The notes below the pieces were generated by a model. That model ran no database searches. It was not told the DNA's origin and saw only the letters and a list, made by a program, of their open reading frames with translations. DNA of 64,000 nt from the human T2T-CHM13v2.0 reference genome, Homo sapiens. Made by a program: the position numbers and the translations under genes. Shown here one piece after another: positions 12,911-31,129 of the stretch (the stretch's first letter is position 1; each line of letters begins with the position of its first letter). The stretch lies in the NCBI RefSeq assembly GCF_009914755.1, contig NC_060928.1. The stretch is one strand, 5' to 3'.

Positions 12911-13319
12911 TTCACAGAAAGCTATTGTCAGACTGGCTGCTTAAATATTTAATATGAAAACAGTGGTTAAAGGAAGACAAATAATTTTCTGTCATTTTTG
13001 AAAATGACTCTGAAGCAAGAAACAGGCATCCCAATTCATAAGATGCAAATTTTAAAAAGAGAATCATCAAAACTTGAATAAACAGAAATTCCATCAGATT
13101 CGAGAAAAATTCATTTGCCATTTTAGTTAACAATTAATACCAGTTCCTTTCTGCAATCAAAAAAAAAAGAATTAATACCAGTTCCTTTTCAATATACACT
13201 GTGTAGATCACCCTCTGAAGATTCTCTGAAAAATAAACCTGCAAAAGGTAGATTAATTGGAGGAAACTTATACAAATTTATTTAACATGTATATACAGAA
13301 GCCTTCAGAATGAAGACTC
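12911..13319 (+). repeat. Local duplication, copy 1 (paralogous to 14364-14734)
   Basis: Aligns colinearly to 14364-14734 at offset 1453, then 1415 after a 38-nt insertion; about 15 mismatches in the first ~120 nt by hand count. Confidence 0.95.
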
Positions 13320-14363
13320 CCAGTACTAATCGTGGAGGATACTAATTAATAGAAACAGATGATCAAAGAGATTATAACCTAGAGGAGAAAATAAGCAAAA
13401 CATACACACACAAAGCTAAACCCAATAATTATAGTAAAGCAGCAGAAAATATGCCATAGGAGTTCAGATAAAGAGACGTGATTTCTGACCAGGCAAAATT
13501 AAAGAGGGGTCTATGAGTATTTTTATTTATTTAAGTCACTTTCTTCCAGTATCATGCTGTGTAGAAAAAAATATGTCACTTGCATATATTATATAATAAT
13601 AATTATTGTGCTTGCTCTTTGAGAATTCCATGAGAATTTACTCTGGCCTTTCATTAGTATTTACTTTTTGTTATTAAAAATTTAAAGAAGTTCTTTGTGA
13701 CATTGCAGTTTCATCCATAGGTGTCCCAAATACAGAGCTTTGTAAGAGAAACAGTTATAAAGCTTGATTTCTACACATTTACATTTTCAGTGTCTAAGAT
13801 TCTAATCTTGGAAAATTCCACTTCTAAATTCTTAATTTTATGAAATCATTTGTCTTAAATATACATGTTATTTGACAATGTCCATTGAGGCCTAATGTAC
13901 TGTAAAGTAAAATTTATTATGTCTTCTATTTTATAAATGAGGAAACAACAGAGAGTTTGTCTTCCTAATAACCCAGTAAGTCACACCACAGGATCACAGG
14001 ATAGAGGGCCTGAAAGTGTTAATAAATCATCCTTGCCCTATTATTTGGCATTAAATAGGATGAGTCATGTTGAACAAAATGGGAATCTATTTGCAGCATT
14101 TATTATGTCAAATATAATATGTAATTTTCCTCCCACAAAAGAAACAAGGAAGTGGTTACCTTTGCCCCATGTGCTGGAAAGAATAGGTAACTCATCTAGG
14201 AGAGAGTGCTGCTTATGGTTGAGAGACATAAGCTGGGTAGAATGCTCAAGTGAAAGAAGTAATTAAAAGAGCAAGTGAAAACAGTAAAAATATTTATAAA
14301 GTTAATAAGTAAAAAGATCAAATTGCCATAGTTTGCAGAGCTTAGGAGACTAAAAGAAAGACT

Positions 14364-14734
14364 TCCACAGGAAGCTATTGTCAGACTGGGTGCTTCAATA
14401 TTTAAATTGAAAACAATGATTAAAGAAAGACTAAGAATTTTCTGTCATCTTTTATAATGACTCTGAAGCAAGAAACAAGCATCCTAATTTATAAGATGTA
14501 AATTTTAAAAAGAGAATCATCAAAACTTAAGTAAACAGAAATTCCATCAGATTCGAGAAAAATTCATTTGCCATTTTAGTTAAGAATTAATACGAGCTCC
14601 CTTTAAATATACACTGTGTAGGTCACCCTCTGAAGGTTCTCTGAAAAATAAACCTGCAAAAGGCAGATTAATTGGAGAAAAGGTATACAAATTTATTTAG
14701 CATGTATAGACAGAAGCCTTCAGAATGAAAACCC
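14364..14734 (+). repeat. Local duplication, copy 2 (likely parental)
   Basis: Matches 12911-13319 and continues uninterrupted into the MER39-like LTR. Confidence 0.95.
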
Positions 14735-14953
14735 AAAGATACACAGAAAATTGTCAATTTTGATGCTTACGTTCAACAAAGTATGGACAGTCATGTAGAA
14801 ATACAACTGGACAAAAAGCATATGATCTAATGCTAATAGACTGAGTGAGGAAACCCAGCAAGGCCTGTCTGTCTGGAATCTTCTTGGCCTTGCTGAGCAT
14901 GCATTTCTTCCTTCTGGGTGTGGGGCAGGACCTTCTCAGGAATGAGAGCCTCT
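14617..14953 (-). mobile_element. ERV1 LTR fragment, MER39-like (3' half)
   Basis: Reverse complement of the LTRs at 24791 and 27932 ('gttcaacaaagtatggacag', 'tgatctaatgctaatagactg', 'caaggcctgtctg'). Confidence 0.8.
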
Positions 14954-15889
14954 GGAAGTTGTTATCAGAACATATCAGAACACTGGTAAATATATTTTTC
15001 CTTATTAAATATATTTATACAAAATTGCTATAAAATTGGTATCTTTACTATTTAAAAGTTTGCATTCAGTTATCCTCAGCCTGCTTTTTATAAAACACCT
15101 TTTTAATGCTCTAATTTTAAAAAGTGTATATTGTTTTATTTATTTAAAGAATACATCTACATTTATCTTCTGACTGTTGAAAAAAATTAACACTGATTTC
15201 AGAGTTACATATAAACAGAATGGAGAAAAATATTAGATTCAAATAATATTAGATTCAAATAATTATTTCAGCTACAATAGTGCTCAGTGAACATAAAATG
15301 AGTAAACAGCATCCTCTTGGAATATGACCTTAACAGGCCATAGGTTTCATTCAGTGTCATTGCGTCTTGTCTTTGATCACCAAAACGATGCAATAACTAG
15401 CAGAGAAGTTGTCTTAAACTACTTGAAAATTAGCATTTTATTGCATTTGCTTATTAATAGCATGGCCTTCCTCTCCTACAGGACAAAGCCCTATGTCTGA
15501 TTTATGACTTTGTTCCTCAAGCTTGGCATATATTTAGCAAATGAGTAAATGGGCATAATAAAACTCTTCAACGGAAATGGACCAATTGATGCTATGAAGA
15601 CAACAAGCATAAAAAATGTAAGGAGTCACGGATTCCAAACTCAATACAGTACTTGCCTGTACTTCAAATCATATCAATATTCATTATCACAAAAGCAGAA
15701 TTCAGTCTCTCTGAATTAAAAAAAAAAGAATTCCAGAATTTTAAAACATAAAAACAGAGGCAAATTTCATTCAATTTATTGAAACTTAATATTCAAAAAA
15801 ATGAAAACCTTACCAAAAAGTAGCATGGACTTTAATTTACGAAGTATAGATTTCTATGACAAAGAAAAAATATGCTTTAAAAATATTAA

Positions 15890-17740
<1,851 letters not shown>

Positions 17741-18433
17741 GTTTGGGCCCAGAAAAAATTAGCATATGTGTAATAAGCAATAGTAAAAAATAAATTGCTC
17801 CTAAGAACAGTGGCTGACAGTTAGGAAAGGTGACTGCCGACCTACTTAATAGAACCTTTCTCAGCATACGTTTATTTATTAATTTTTTTCAGATACGACA
17901 CAGTGCCTGATATCAGTTTTATTAACTGTCTTGTCAGCAGTGGACTCTGCACAATATTAAAAGCAAACTGGTGTCCCAAAGGAAGGAAACAACATGCCAC
18001 TTCTCAGCAGCATGTCAATCTTCGGGAACGCTAATCTCTGCTATCAACAGGTCTAACATTGATTAGATCTTCAAACTGTATGTAGTTAGTTGTGAGGCGC
18101 ATGCCTTACAGAGGCAGAGCAAGAAAGGATGGTGTTGAAATTTAGAAAGGTAAGAAAAATGAAATGCAAAATATTGCAGGAACTATTATGATTAAAATTT
18201 ATACAGCCATATGCAGGCACAATAAGTTTCATACAATATGCCAATCCCTAACACGCTACCAAATACAACTTCCATGAGTTCAGGGGCTTTTGTCTATTAT
18301 GCTTACTACTGAGATAGAGAGGTAGAAAATATTTTTTTAGGAATTTATAAATAATCACATATTTTGACTTCAATGACATTATGAGTAGATTTACATGAAA
18401 ATTTTAACAGTAATTTAGAAATACACACACACG

Positions 18434-19560
18434 AGCCAATCCTCATTATTTGCAGATTTTGTATTTTCAAATTTGTCTACTTGATAAAATTTATCTGTAA
18501 CCAAAACCAATACTCTTGGCATTTACAAAGGCATTTGCGGAGGGGCAAAATATTTGAGTTGCCTGACAGCTGCAGGTTCCTGAGGTCGAACAAGGTAACA
18601 CTCTGCCATGTTGTTTCAGTTTTTATACTGTAAACACATGTCTTATTCAGGATCTATTGAGTACCACATTTTTTGCATTTCTGTACTTACTGTTGGTGAT
18701 TTTGCTGTTTTAAATGGCCTCAAACATGGTGTGGAAGTGTTATCTTATGTTTCTAAACACAAGAAGACTGTGATGGGCCTTACAGAGAAAATATTTGTTA
18801 GTTAAGCTTCATTCAAGCATGAATTATAGGGCTATTGACCGTGAGTTAAATGCTAATGAATCAACAAACAGTATATCCAGAAAAAAAAAGAGGAAATTTG
18901 CTGATTTGTACATAAGACCGTTCCAGAAACTGCTGAAGTAACATTTATAGCATATAATGAAGCTATGGAACAGTTGGAAAAAAATAGCTAAATTTGTGAA
19001 TTCATGAGATGACAACTGATTAGAAAAAAAAGCATAGTGGGCAGCATTATTGTAAGGTTCAAAGTCAAAGAAAATTACTGTAATGTTACCCAGGGTCAGG
19101 AAAACGTTAAATTCTTCTCAGCTAGTGCTGTCTGCCTCACACATTTCAAAAGGTGGTATGGTGTGAAAAATGCTAAACTTGCAGGCAAGCAGGTTGTTCA
19201 GTTCAGGAGGCAGCAAAAGAATGTTGAAAATATCTGCTAAGTGTTATACAGGAAAAGGGTCATGGGGAAGAGCAGGATTTTAATGCGATTGTGACTGGCT
19301 TATTTTATATGGACTTGGCCAAAGGAACCTATATAACACAAATGACTTCCAAAGCCCCAGGCTCTAAATCATTCAAAGACTGTTCAATCAATTATTTGTA
19401 AGAAATATATATATATATCTTATATATATATAAAATATAAATATATATATATTACATAAGGTGCTTTAAACAGAATGACACATAAAACAAGGTTATGCAT
19501 TGATTGGCTGATGAAAATATGATCAGAGACTCACAGGAATCAAACCTTCTATTTCTCCGG
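18434..19560 (+). mobile_element. MER6-related TcMar-Tigger element with transposase remnant
   Basis: MER6-type left end 'caatcctcattatttgcagatttt' and right-arm 'cacataaaacaaggttatgcattgattggctgatgaaaat'. Internal peptides FSASAVCLTHFKRWYG (CENP-B-type HTH) and EEQDFNAIVTGLFY from 19267 (decayed FNADETGLF). Confidence 0.85.
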
Positions 19561-19849
19561 TCAGTTATACCTCAGAAAAGCTGGAAAAATCTATAACATA
19601 TAAATTTTATGCTAAGTGAAATTTAGTTAAGAAAGACATACTATATCTTATCCATCTAAGTGCTCCTTGATTAGCATAGTAATTAGCATGTGTTAGGCCC
19701 TCAATGAATATAAGTTGAGAAATTATATTTAAGGGAAGATATCTTGTTTATTTGTTTTGTATCTCAACCAGCTAGCTTTTATTCTATCACTTTACCACAC
19801 TTTATAAGTATTATTACTGTTAATAAAGAGAAAAAGGAAAGAAATGACA

Positions 19850-20040
19850 TTTCTTAAGCACTTGCATTGAGCCAGCCACCATGCAAAAATGTCATGCCCA
19901 TTGTGCCTTTTAATCACCCCACTATCACTATAAAAGAGCAACTATTATTCCCCATTCTACAGATAAGAAACTTGGTATGGCAAGTAGTAAACCCAGATTT
20001 TCTACCTCTAAAGCTTGTATTTTTAAGCCACCTAAGTCTC
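19850..20040 (-). mobile_element. MIR fragment
   Basis: 'actattattccccattctacagataagaaact' MIR core, reverse orientation. Confidence 0.65.
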
Positions 20041-20439
20041 ACCCACAGTGTTCATTAAGTTCTGGCCAAGAAACATACTGCTCTCCTTCCTTCACACTAG
20101 TCTCCTCATCTAGTTCGATCACAAGTTCCAGTTGCCAAGTTCAGCCAGGTATGCCTATAACCTGGCTTAATTTTTCTAGTGTCCCCTTTTACTCTCAACG
20201 ATGTCTGCCTGTGGATGACGCATCATGTGATCACCGTACCTCTTATTTCACCCAGGTTGTCAGTCCCCATTATGTTTTATCCAGGTAGAGTAACTTCTTC
20301 ATAGATTGTCATGAAGAAGAGCTCTTCCTCTCTTCAAGTCACTTCCTTTACCTTTTCTCAGAGAAGAGCTTGGCTAAAGTTTTCACAGAGATTTCTTTGA
20401 GTAACAACCGCATGATGGCATTTTCCTTACTTTACAATC

Positions 20440-20908
20440 TCAGTGATTTTGCTGCTGCAGCAAATTACCACAAACCTGGTGACTCAAAATTATGCAAATA
20501 TATTACCATGCAGGTCTATGGGTCAGAAGTCTGGTGTATATCTCATTTGCTAAGATCACGGTTTTCGCAGTTCATTACTTTCTGGAGGCTCTACGCAAAA
20601 ATCTATGTTCTTGCTTTTTCTACCTTTTAGAGGACATCTGCTTTCCTCGGCTTATGGCCCCTTCCTCTATCTTCAAGCAGGCAATATCAGGCTAAGTTAC
20701 CACACTGCTATCTTTCTGGTACTCTCTTCCTATTCCCTCTTCTACTTATTGAGCCTATCTAGATAATCTCACTATTTTAAAGTCAGCTGATTTGCAACTT
20801 TAATTCTATCTGCAGCTTTAATTTCCCCTGACCATAACCTAATGTATTCAAAGGTTTCAAGAATTATGACATAAACTTCATTGGAGAATCATTATTCTCC
20901 CTAAGACA
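20440..20908 (-). mobile_element. MaLR solo LTR (MLT1C/D-like)
   Basis: 'caaattaccacaaacctggtgactcaaaa', 'ctttctggaggctcta', 'cttatggccccttcctctatcttcaa', end 'cattattctccctaagaca'. Confidence 0.8.
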
Positions 20909-22089
20909 GTAGTTGATTTTCAAATTTCACTCAACTTCCTAACTACCAAGACAACAGAATAAAATGAAATTTCAAAAACAGGTAGCAAGGTAAACTCTAT
21001 AAATCAACATATGAGTTCAGTCCCAAAGGATAAGTAAAGTTTTTCTTAACAATATTTGTTGAAAAAGAATTCATCAGAAAGGTCTTTAATAAAGACAGTG
21101 AATATTATCATGGACCATGGCATTGCATCACTCTTTTGTTTCAAAAACGGAAAATCATATTTTATATGCCTTTTTTGCCAAGGGTCCTCGCAAAATCATA
21201 TTGAGCAATATTTAAATGTTTTTTCTCACTTAAAAAAAATTCGTCATGCTAAGTCCTTGCCCTGCAAAGAAAATACTTGTTTAATTGATTAAACCTCTAG
21301 TGATACACATCTTGAAACAATCAATGGAAAATATCATTAATAAAAATCAGCTACAGAAAATTTAAACAGATCTATTAATTCTTTCTGTTTTATATTCTAA
21401 ACAAGTGGACAACTAACTCACTTTAAGAACAGCTCATATCCTGCTTGATCAGAGAATAGAATTCACAAAATAAGAACAGATGCAAATTCTATTTCCAAAA
21501 TACTACATAATACAAAGACTTCATGAAAATGATGTAATTTATCAATTAGGAGCTACAAATACTATGCAAAATAAAATTCTCTTAAAATTGTAAAATTGAT
21601 TTCCTTTATTTGTGCTATTTTTGTTAGTGTGGGCTACCAAATAAAATGAAGTAAACAAGCCACATAAAAAGAGTTAGACGAATGTGAAAACTGGAAATTG
21701 AGTAGCCCACAGGGAATGTAAATAACGAAGAGGAATTAACAAAATAAAATGTATTATGTATTTGGATCAATAAAATTACAAATTACAAATTTCTTCTGCC
21801 ATGTATCTTGTCACTCTTCTGAGAGATTATTTCTACAGGGTTTTGTTTTTTTTTTTTTTCAAAACAATATTTTTTTAAAATAAAACTTTTTGTTTTAAAT
21901 TTTAAAAAGGTAACCAAACATTCAAAAAATTTCAAATTACTGTTTGTTTTTAAAGTCAAAACAACCAATGTTGAGAAGTACTTATTTTAAACCTAGCTTT
22001 GGAAGGTAAAGATGTTACCAAAAATTAGCAGTTTTATAAAACATGTCATCTACTTTTATAAAAAATATTTCAAGTAAAATGTTTGTACT

Positions 22090-22785
22090 CCTGATTTCCA
22101 ATCCAGCATGTAAGGAGTTTGGAAGTCATCATTCCATTCTATGAGGAAGCTAAAGCCGAATAAACGGAAAAATCAACAACTCTTCTTAGATCCCTCAAAA
22201 AGGATACAATTTTGTTCCTGATTCCAGGACAAACCACTGTTCTCAAAATTAGAGACAGACATAGAACACATCTATCTCTCTCAATACAGAGAATTACAAT
22301 TTACCAAAGTAGAAACCTAGGAGTGGAAATCACTTTGGAAACCAGTGCTGGATTTCTTTTTTCAATACCTCACGTCCAGCTATGAAAAAAAAAAAAAAAA
22401 AAAAAAGGCATTCCAAAAGGCAAAAAAATACAATTTTAAGAGACAAAACAAGGTCAGAAGCAGACTCAGATATGGCAGGATATTAAAGCTACTACTGTCA
22501 ATATGCTAAGTGTGCTAATGGATAATGCAGACAGTATGCAAGAACAGACTGGTAATGTGAGCAGAGTAATGGAAATTTTAAAATAAGAACCAAAAAGAAA
22601 CTCTAGAAATCAAAAATACTGTAACAGAAATGAAGAATGTTGTGATAGGCTTATTAGCAGACTGGACACACCGAGGAAAGAATCTCTGAGCCTAAGAATA
22701 TCTCAATAAAAGCAACTAAAACTGAAAAGCAAACAGGAAAAAGACTGAAAAACACAGAACAGACTAAGAACCATGGAACAATGTG
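22090..22785 (+). mobile_element. Old LINE-1 (L1MC/L1M4-like) 5'UTR and ORF1 fragment
   Basis: ORF1 coiled-coil-like 'ctagaaatcaaaaatactgtaacagaaatgaagaatg...ggcttattagcagactggacaca'. Confidence 0.7.
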
Positions 22786-22798
22786 ATACAAACAATTA

Positions 22799-23058
22799 GT
22801 GGCACCCCAAAACAATTATAATAGTAACATCAAAGATCACAAATTGCAGATCACAAATAGGATATAATAATAATGAAGTTTGAAATCTTGCAAGAATTAC
22901 CAACATGTCACAGAGAGACAGGAAGTGAACCCATGCTGTTGTAAAATGGTCTCAACAGACTTGCTGGATGTAAGGTTGCCGCAAACTTTCAATTTGTAAA
23001 AAAATGCAATATCCACAGAGTGCAATAAAGCTAAGTGCAATAAAACAAGATATCCCTG
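22799..23058 (-). mobile_element. Tigger1 DNA transposon, terminal fragment
   Basis: 'gtggcaccccaaaacaattataatagtaacatcaaagatcac...tgcaataaagctaagtgcaataaaacaagatatccctg' matches the reverse complement of the Tigger1 5' end. Confidence 0.88.
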
Positions 23059-24334
23059 CATTTCATTAAGAAAACCATGTTCATGAAACATGTGTCTGTT
23101 GAGTTACATTCAAACTACCCATCATGGATACAGCATTTTTTTTCTTGAGTCTTTCTATTTCTGATGAGTGTCAAGGAGAGGGAGGTGGAATACAATCTCC
23201 AAGGTCACAGGAATTCATTAAATATAGCTGACAATGCTATAGTAAAGAAAAAATATATATTTCTAAGTCTGTATCCACGTTAAATTCACGAAGTAGTTGT
23301 TTACTCTCAAAAGAATCAAAAATAAATACCAAGGGAATAAGATTATAAATGGTGACAGACGCTTCTCAGTGATTGTGGTCCTTTGCATCATATGGGTGCC
23401 AGAATATAAATTGGGTAAATTCATTCCTTGGGGAACAGAGCAGAAGTCAAACCACGTGGCCAGGCCAAGCAGGATGGATTTAATTAGGAATACTACAGCA
23501 TAATATTCACATAAACTCATAAAATTTTATTTTGCTGAGTTAAGCAATAGTTATTTTCAGAGCTCACTCACCAGTGGGGAAGAGTTCCCAAAAGGCTACC
23601 AGAACTTGTCTCATTAATTCAACCCCAAAGCAGAGCTGAGACTGTGTGTGTTTGGTGACTTGGGTTGACACTGAGCTGGGCTAAAACAGGCAGAGGTAGT
23701 ATTGACTGAAAAAAAAAAAATCCCCCAAATATCTGACCTTATTGAAAAATGCAGCAGTACTTCCACACAGCTTTATGTGGCTCGCAGATAGTCGTTGAGT
23801 GCAGGAATAATCTAAATATTTTTTATTAAGTGTCAACTGCTCCGTAATGCTTACTATAAAAACTATTAAAATTATAGTTCTGATGCCCCATACCCTGGTT
23901 TGTTTCATCAACTTACTATCTCATTTTATACTTTTCACTTATTCATTATACTTTTTATTATCTTTTTTTCTCTACTGGAATTGTGACATTTTATATTTGT
24001 TTCATTCATTAGTGTATCTTAAGTGTTTAAAATGACACCTGACACATAAATGATTATCAATGTGTTAAAAGAATAAAAATTTTGAATTTTCAAGAATTTC
24101 TCTTGGGCTTTCTCTTCAAAGAGGAGCTCTGCAGTGAAAAGCATTCCGGAGACGTATGAAGTCCACACTGACATTTTCCCCAGCGCATTCTGACCTCTGC
24201 GCTCTCATCACATAAGCAAACTCTAAGGTCAATAGTTGTTCACATTTTGGCACTGAGAAATGTGACAGCTGAAAGAAGCATGGCATCTTCGAAAAGAAAT
24301 AAGCATGGAAGTGCAAAAAACAAGCATCACCACC

Positions 24335-24490
24335 TCATAATTGTGTAAATTTAGGCAAGTTTTGTAACATGTCTTAGTCTTGATTTCCTCAAAACAGGCA
24401 TATTAGTTACTTGGTAGATTTGCTGTGATAATTAAATGAAATTATATACATTAAGCACTTATTGAGGTGCTAGGCACATTCAGAAAATGA
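24335..24490 (+). mobile_element. MIR fragment
   Basis: 'tgtgtaaatttaggcaagt...ttgctgtgataattaaatgaaattatatacattaagcactta'. Confidence 0.65.
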
Positions 24491-24790
24491 TTATTTTCTC
24501 AACCTCAAATTCAAATCCACAAGAAATGAATTCCTGTCATTCTTCTACCACCAATAAGTCCTAGTTTGGAATTCCAACGCTCAAGCCTGAAACCCTGACT
24601 TTGCGACTGGGTGCCAGCCCCTAGCTCCCTGCTCCAGACTATCCACTACCCTGAGCCTCTTCTTGTTACCTACTACAAGGCTTTGAAATAATTGCTTGTC
24701 ATCCCTCTGCTTAGATAGACATTCTGCTCATTTCTTGGACTGCTTGAGAAATTCTAGCCTTTGCTTCTTTGGTCTCCTGTCCTTTCCCTT

Positions 24791-28560
<3,770 letters not shown>

Positions 28561-29544
28561 CCCTCAAGGCTCATTCCTTAAACCATTAACTCTTGGCTTT
28601 GCTGCATGTTTCCACACAAGATACTTGTTTAATAAAGAAACGACACTTCACTTCTAGCCCTGCAGATCATCCTGCACTCCTCAGCCTCACCAGCCTTCTT
28701 CCCACTTAAACCCAGGTTCTAAAAGGAACTTCGCTTAAACAAAATGTTTAATACATTTTGAAGGAAAAATACGGTTTTGATTTAAGAAATACATAGATGG
28801 TAGCTTTTGAGATAGACATTTTAAAATATTAAATTTAAGAGGAAAACAGAGTAAAGAATCACAAAGAGCTGTTTTAGTGGAAGTTGAAGATAAGGGAATC
28901 TTGTCCATGGACCCAGGCCAGATATAGCTCTCAAGGATTTCTCAAAACCATTTACCTCTCACTTTTCATTGCTACTCCACAGCCTCAGTTTAGGCTCCAG
29001 TTATATTTGGCAGACACTACAATCATTGATTCATAATTGGGCTCACTGTAATCAGTCTTAGCCTCTAGTTCATTTTCCACAAAGAAATCAATACTTAAAA
29101 TGCTAACCTGCCCATCTGAATGGTTATACCTTAATTACACCACAAGGTACAAAGTAAAAAATATAAATCAATACTACTCAAAGCGCTAGCCCAAAATTGT
29201 TTGTTATAAATCAATGATTAGCAAAGCACAGAAATGAAGTAAGCATTTAGAATCCTTTCTAGCAATTTGAAATTGCCTTGATATCCATGTATGTAATTTT
29301 ATATTTTATAAACATATCCATCCACATCATATTTGAAATTAAAAGATAATAATAAAGTAAATTGTCCCCTCACTATACATAGTTGAGAAGTCTTATTCTA
29401 ACCGTCTTAGCATGACATACAAAGTCAGCATCTGCCACTTGTCAGTCTCTGCAACTGTGCCTTCTGCCTTCTCCAAGCTAGAATTTTATCCAGTAATTTC
29501 AACTCACTTGTTGTTCACTACACCCATCAGTAAACCATAGCACG

Positions 29545-29790
29545 GGGCTGTATCGTATGGTGGTTAAGGATATGGACTCTGGAGTCAGACAGCAGGGTTC
29601 CAAATCTGTCCTCTATAATTTACTGTCTATGTGACCTTAGGTAATTCACTTAAACATTCTGTGCTTCAATTTCTTCATACATAAAACTGGGATAGTAATA
29701 GCTGACTCATATGTTTGTGGGACACATGAAATGGTTTCATGCATCACCTAAAATAGTACCTAAAATAAATGTAAAGATCGTTGTAGTTTT
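29545..29790 (+). mobile_element. Near full-length MIR, within L2 fragments (~28940-30050)
   Basis: tRNA-derived head 'gtggttaaggatatggactctggagtcagacagc' plus core 'tgtgaccttaggtaattcacttaa'. Confidence 0.85.
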
Positions 29791-31071
29791 TATTATTTTA
29801 GTTTCCATTCCTTGATAGTGTGTTTTCTCTGCCTTACTTGCCTTCCTCTAACTTTGCATCTGGCTAGTAAGCAGCTTTAAAGACAAATTACAGTTTGTCT
29901 TCTCCAGGAGGCGTTCCTTGATTTTCCCAGGCTGATTTATGTCTTCACTCTGTGCTACCTCATCACCCTGAACCGATGCCTCTATCATGGCATCTATCAC
30001 ATGATATAAGGACCTCTTTATGTGTTTGTTTCTTCTACTTTGTTTGTTAAGTCTTGATGAAGACTTAACACCTATGAAATGCTTAATACATATTAACAGA
30101 CCCCATAAACATACATATTTAACAGATCCCATTTTGATCCTTAGAAAGATCCATGTTCACACCATCTTACCATTTCAACTGGGCATTGCTTCCTGGAAGA
30201 AAATCTGGATGGGAAGAAATAGCTTTAGTGCCCAGAGTAAGATAAATGGGGATTGCAGCCTCTTGGATTGCCCTCCCTGCACTTAGCATTGGCCTTGAGA
30301 CTTGCAACATTATATATACCAATCCCAAAGAAACTAGCTCAGGTAAAGGCTATGTACAGCAAGACCCATGCCATAAAAATATGTCCCTTCCTCATCTGAT
30401 TCTTTTATACTGTTCATAATACAAACAGTGATGAGAAGAGATTTACAGTTTTCTTCATAGTTAATCTATTTTCTACTTATTATGCTTCTGACTATAAGCA
30501 CAATTATTTGAGGAAGCAAAGAAATGCTCCAAATTTTAAATTAAACTAAAAATGAGTTGTGCATTGACAATGGTTATAGCATTCTCTAATTAATTAGACT
30601 TCAAGGTGGCACCATTTTCAAAAATCTCCGATTGTCAATATAAAATAGCTAAAACCCCAATTATCAATGACCATGTGAAAAAAAACTGGTACTCAAATAC
30701 CATTAACAGCCATAATGAAATCTCAAATAATAGTGCTACTGTAAGCCTCTTCATAATCTTTATTAAATAGAGCCTAAAAGGAAAACAAAGATTTGTCTGG
30801 GCACAAGTTTCTCAGACAATGGCTAAAGAGCATGCAAATTACCTCAATAGGTCAAAAACTATAAGGAAATCAGGCCTCTGAGGAAAAAATAAAATGAAAA
30901 ATACAATCAGGTGAATTGATAGGTACTTTTAGTTATCCAGCATAAAGGAGAAAAGCAGGGATACCTGAAAAATTTTAAATTGCAAACAATCTAAAATATT
31001 ACAGCAAATTATTTCAAGTTTTCTCATATGACTAATCTACTTTTACAAGGCATGAAAAAAATAATACCTAC

Positions 31072-31129
31072 CTGTTTGAGCTTAAGCACTTTTTCATGGT
31101 CCTATTCAGTATATAAGTATGTGCAGGAG
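31072..31129 (-). other. Candidate spliced exon (58 nt)
   Basis: Acceptor cctttctcctcgcacttttgttcttacag|C and donor CAG|gtaggt. Confidence 0.35.
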
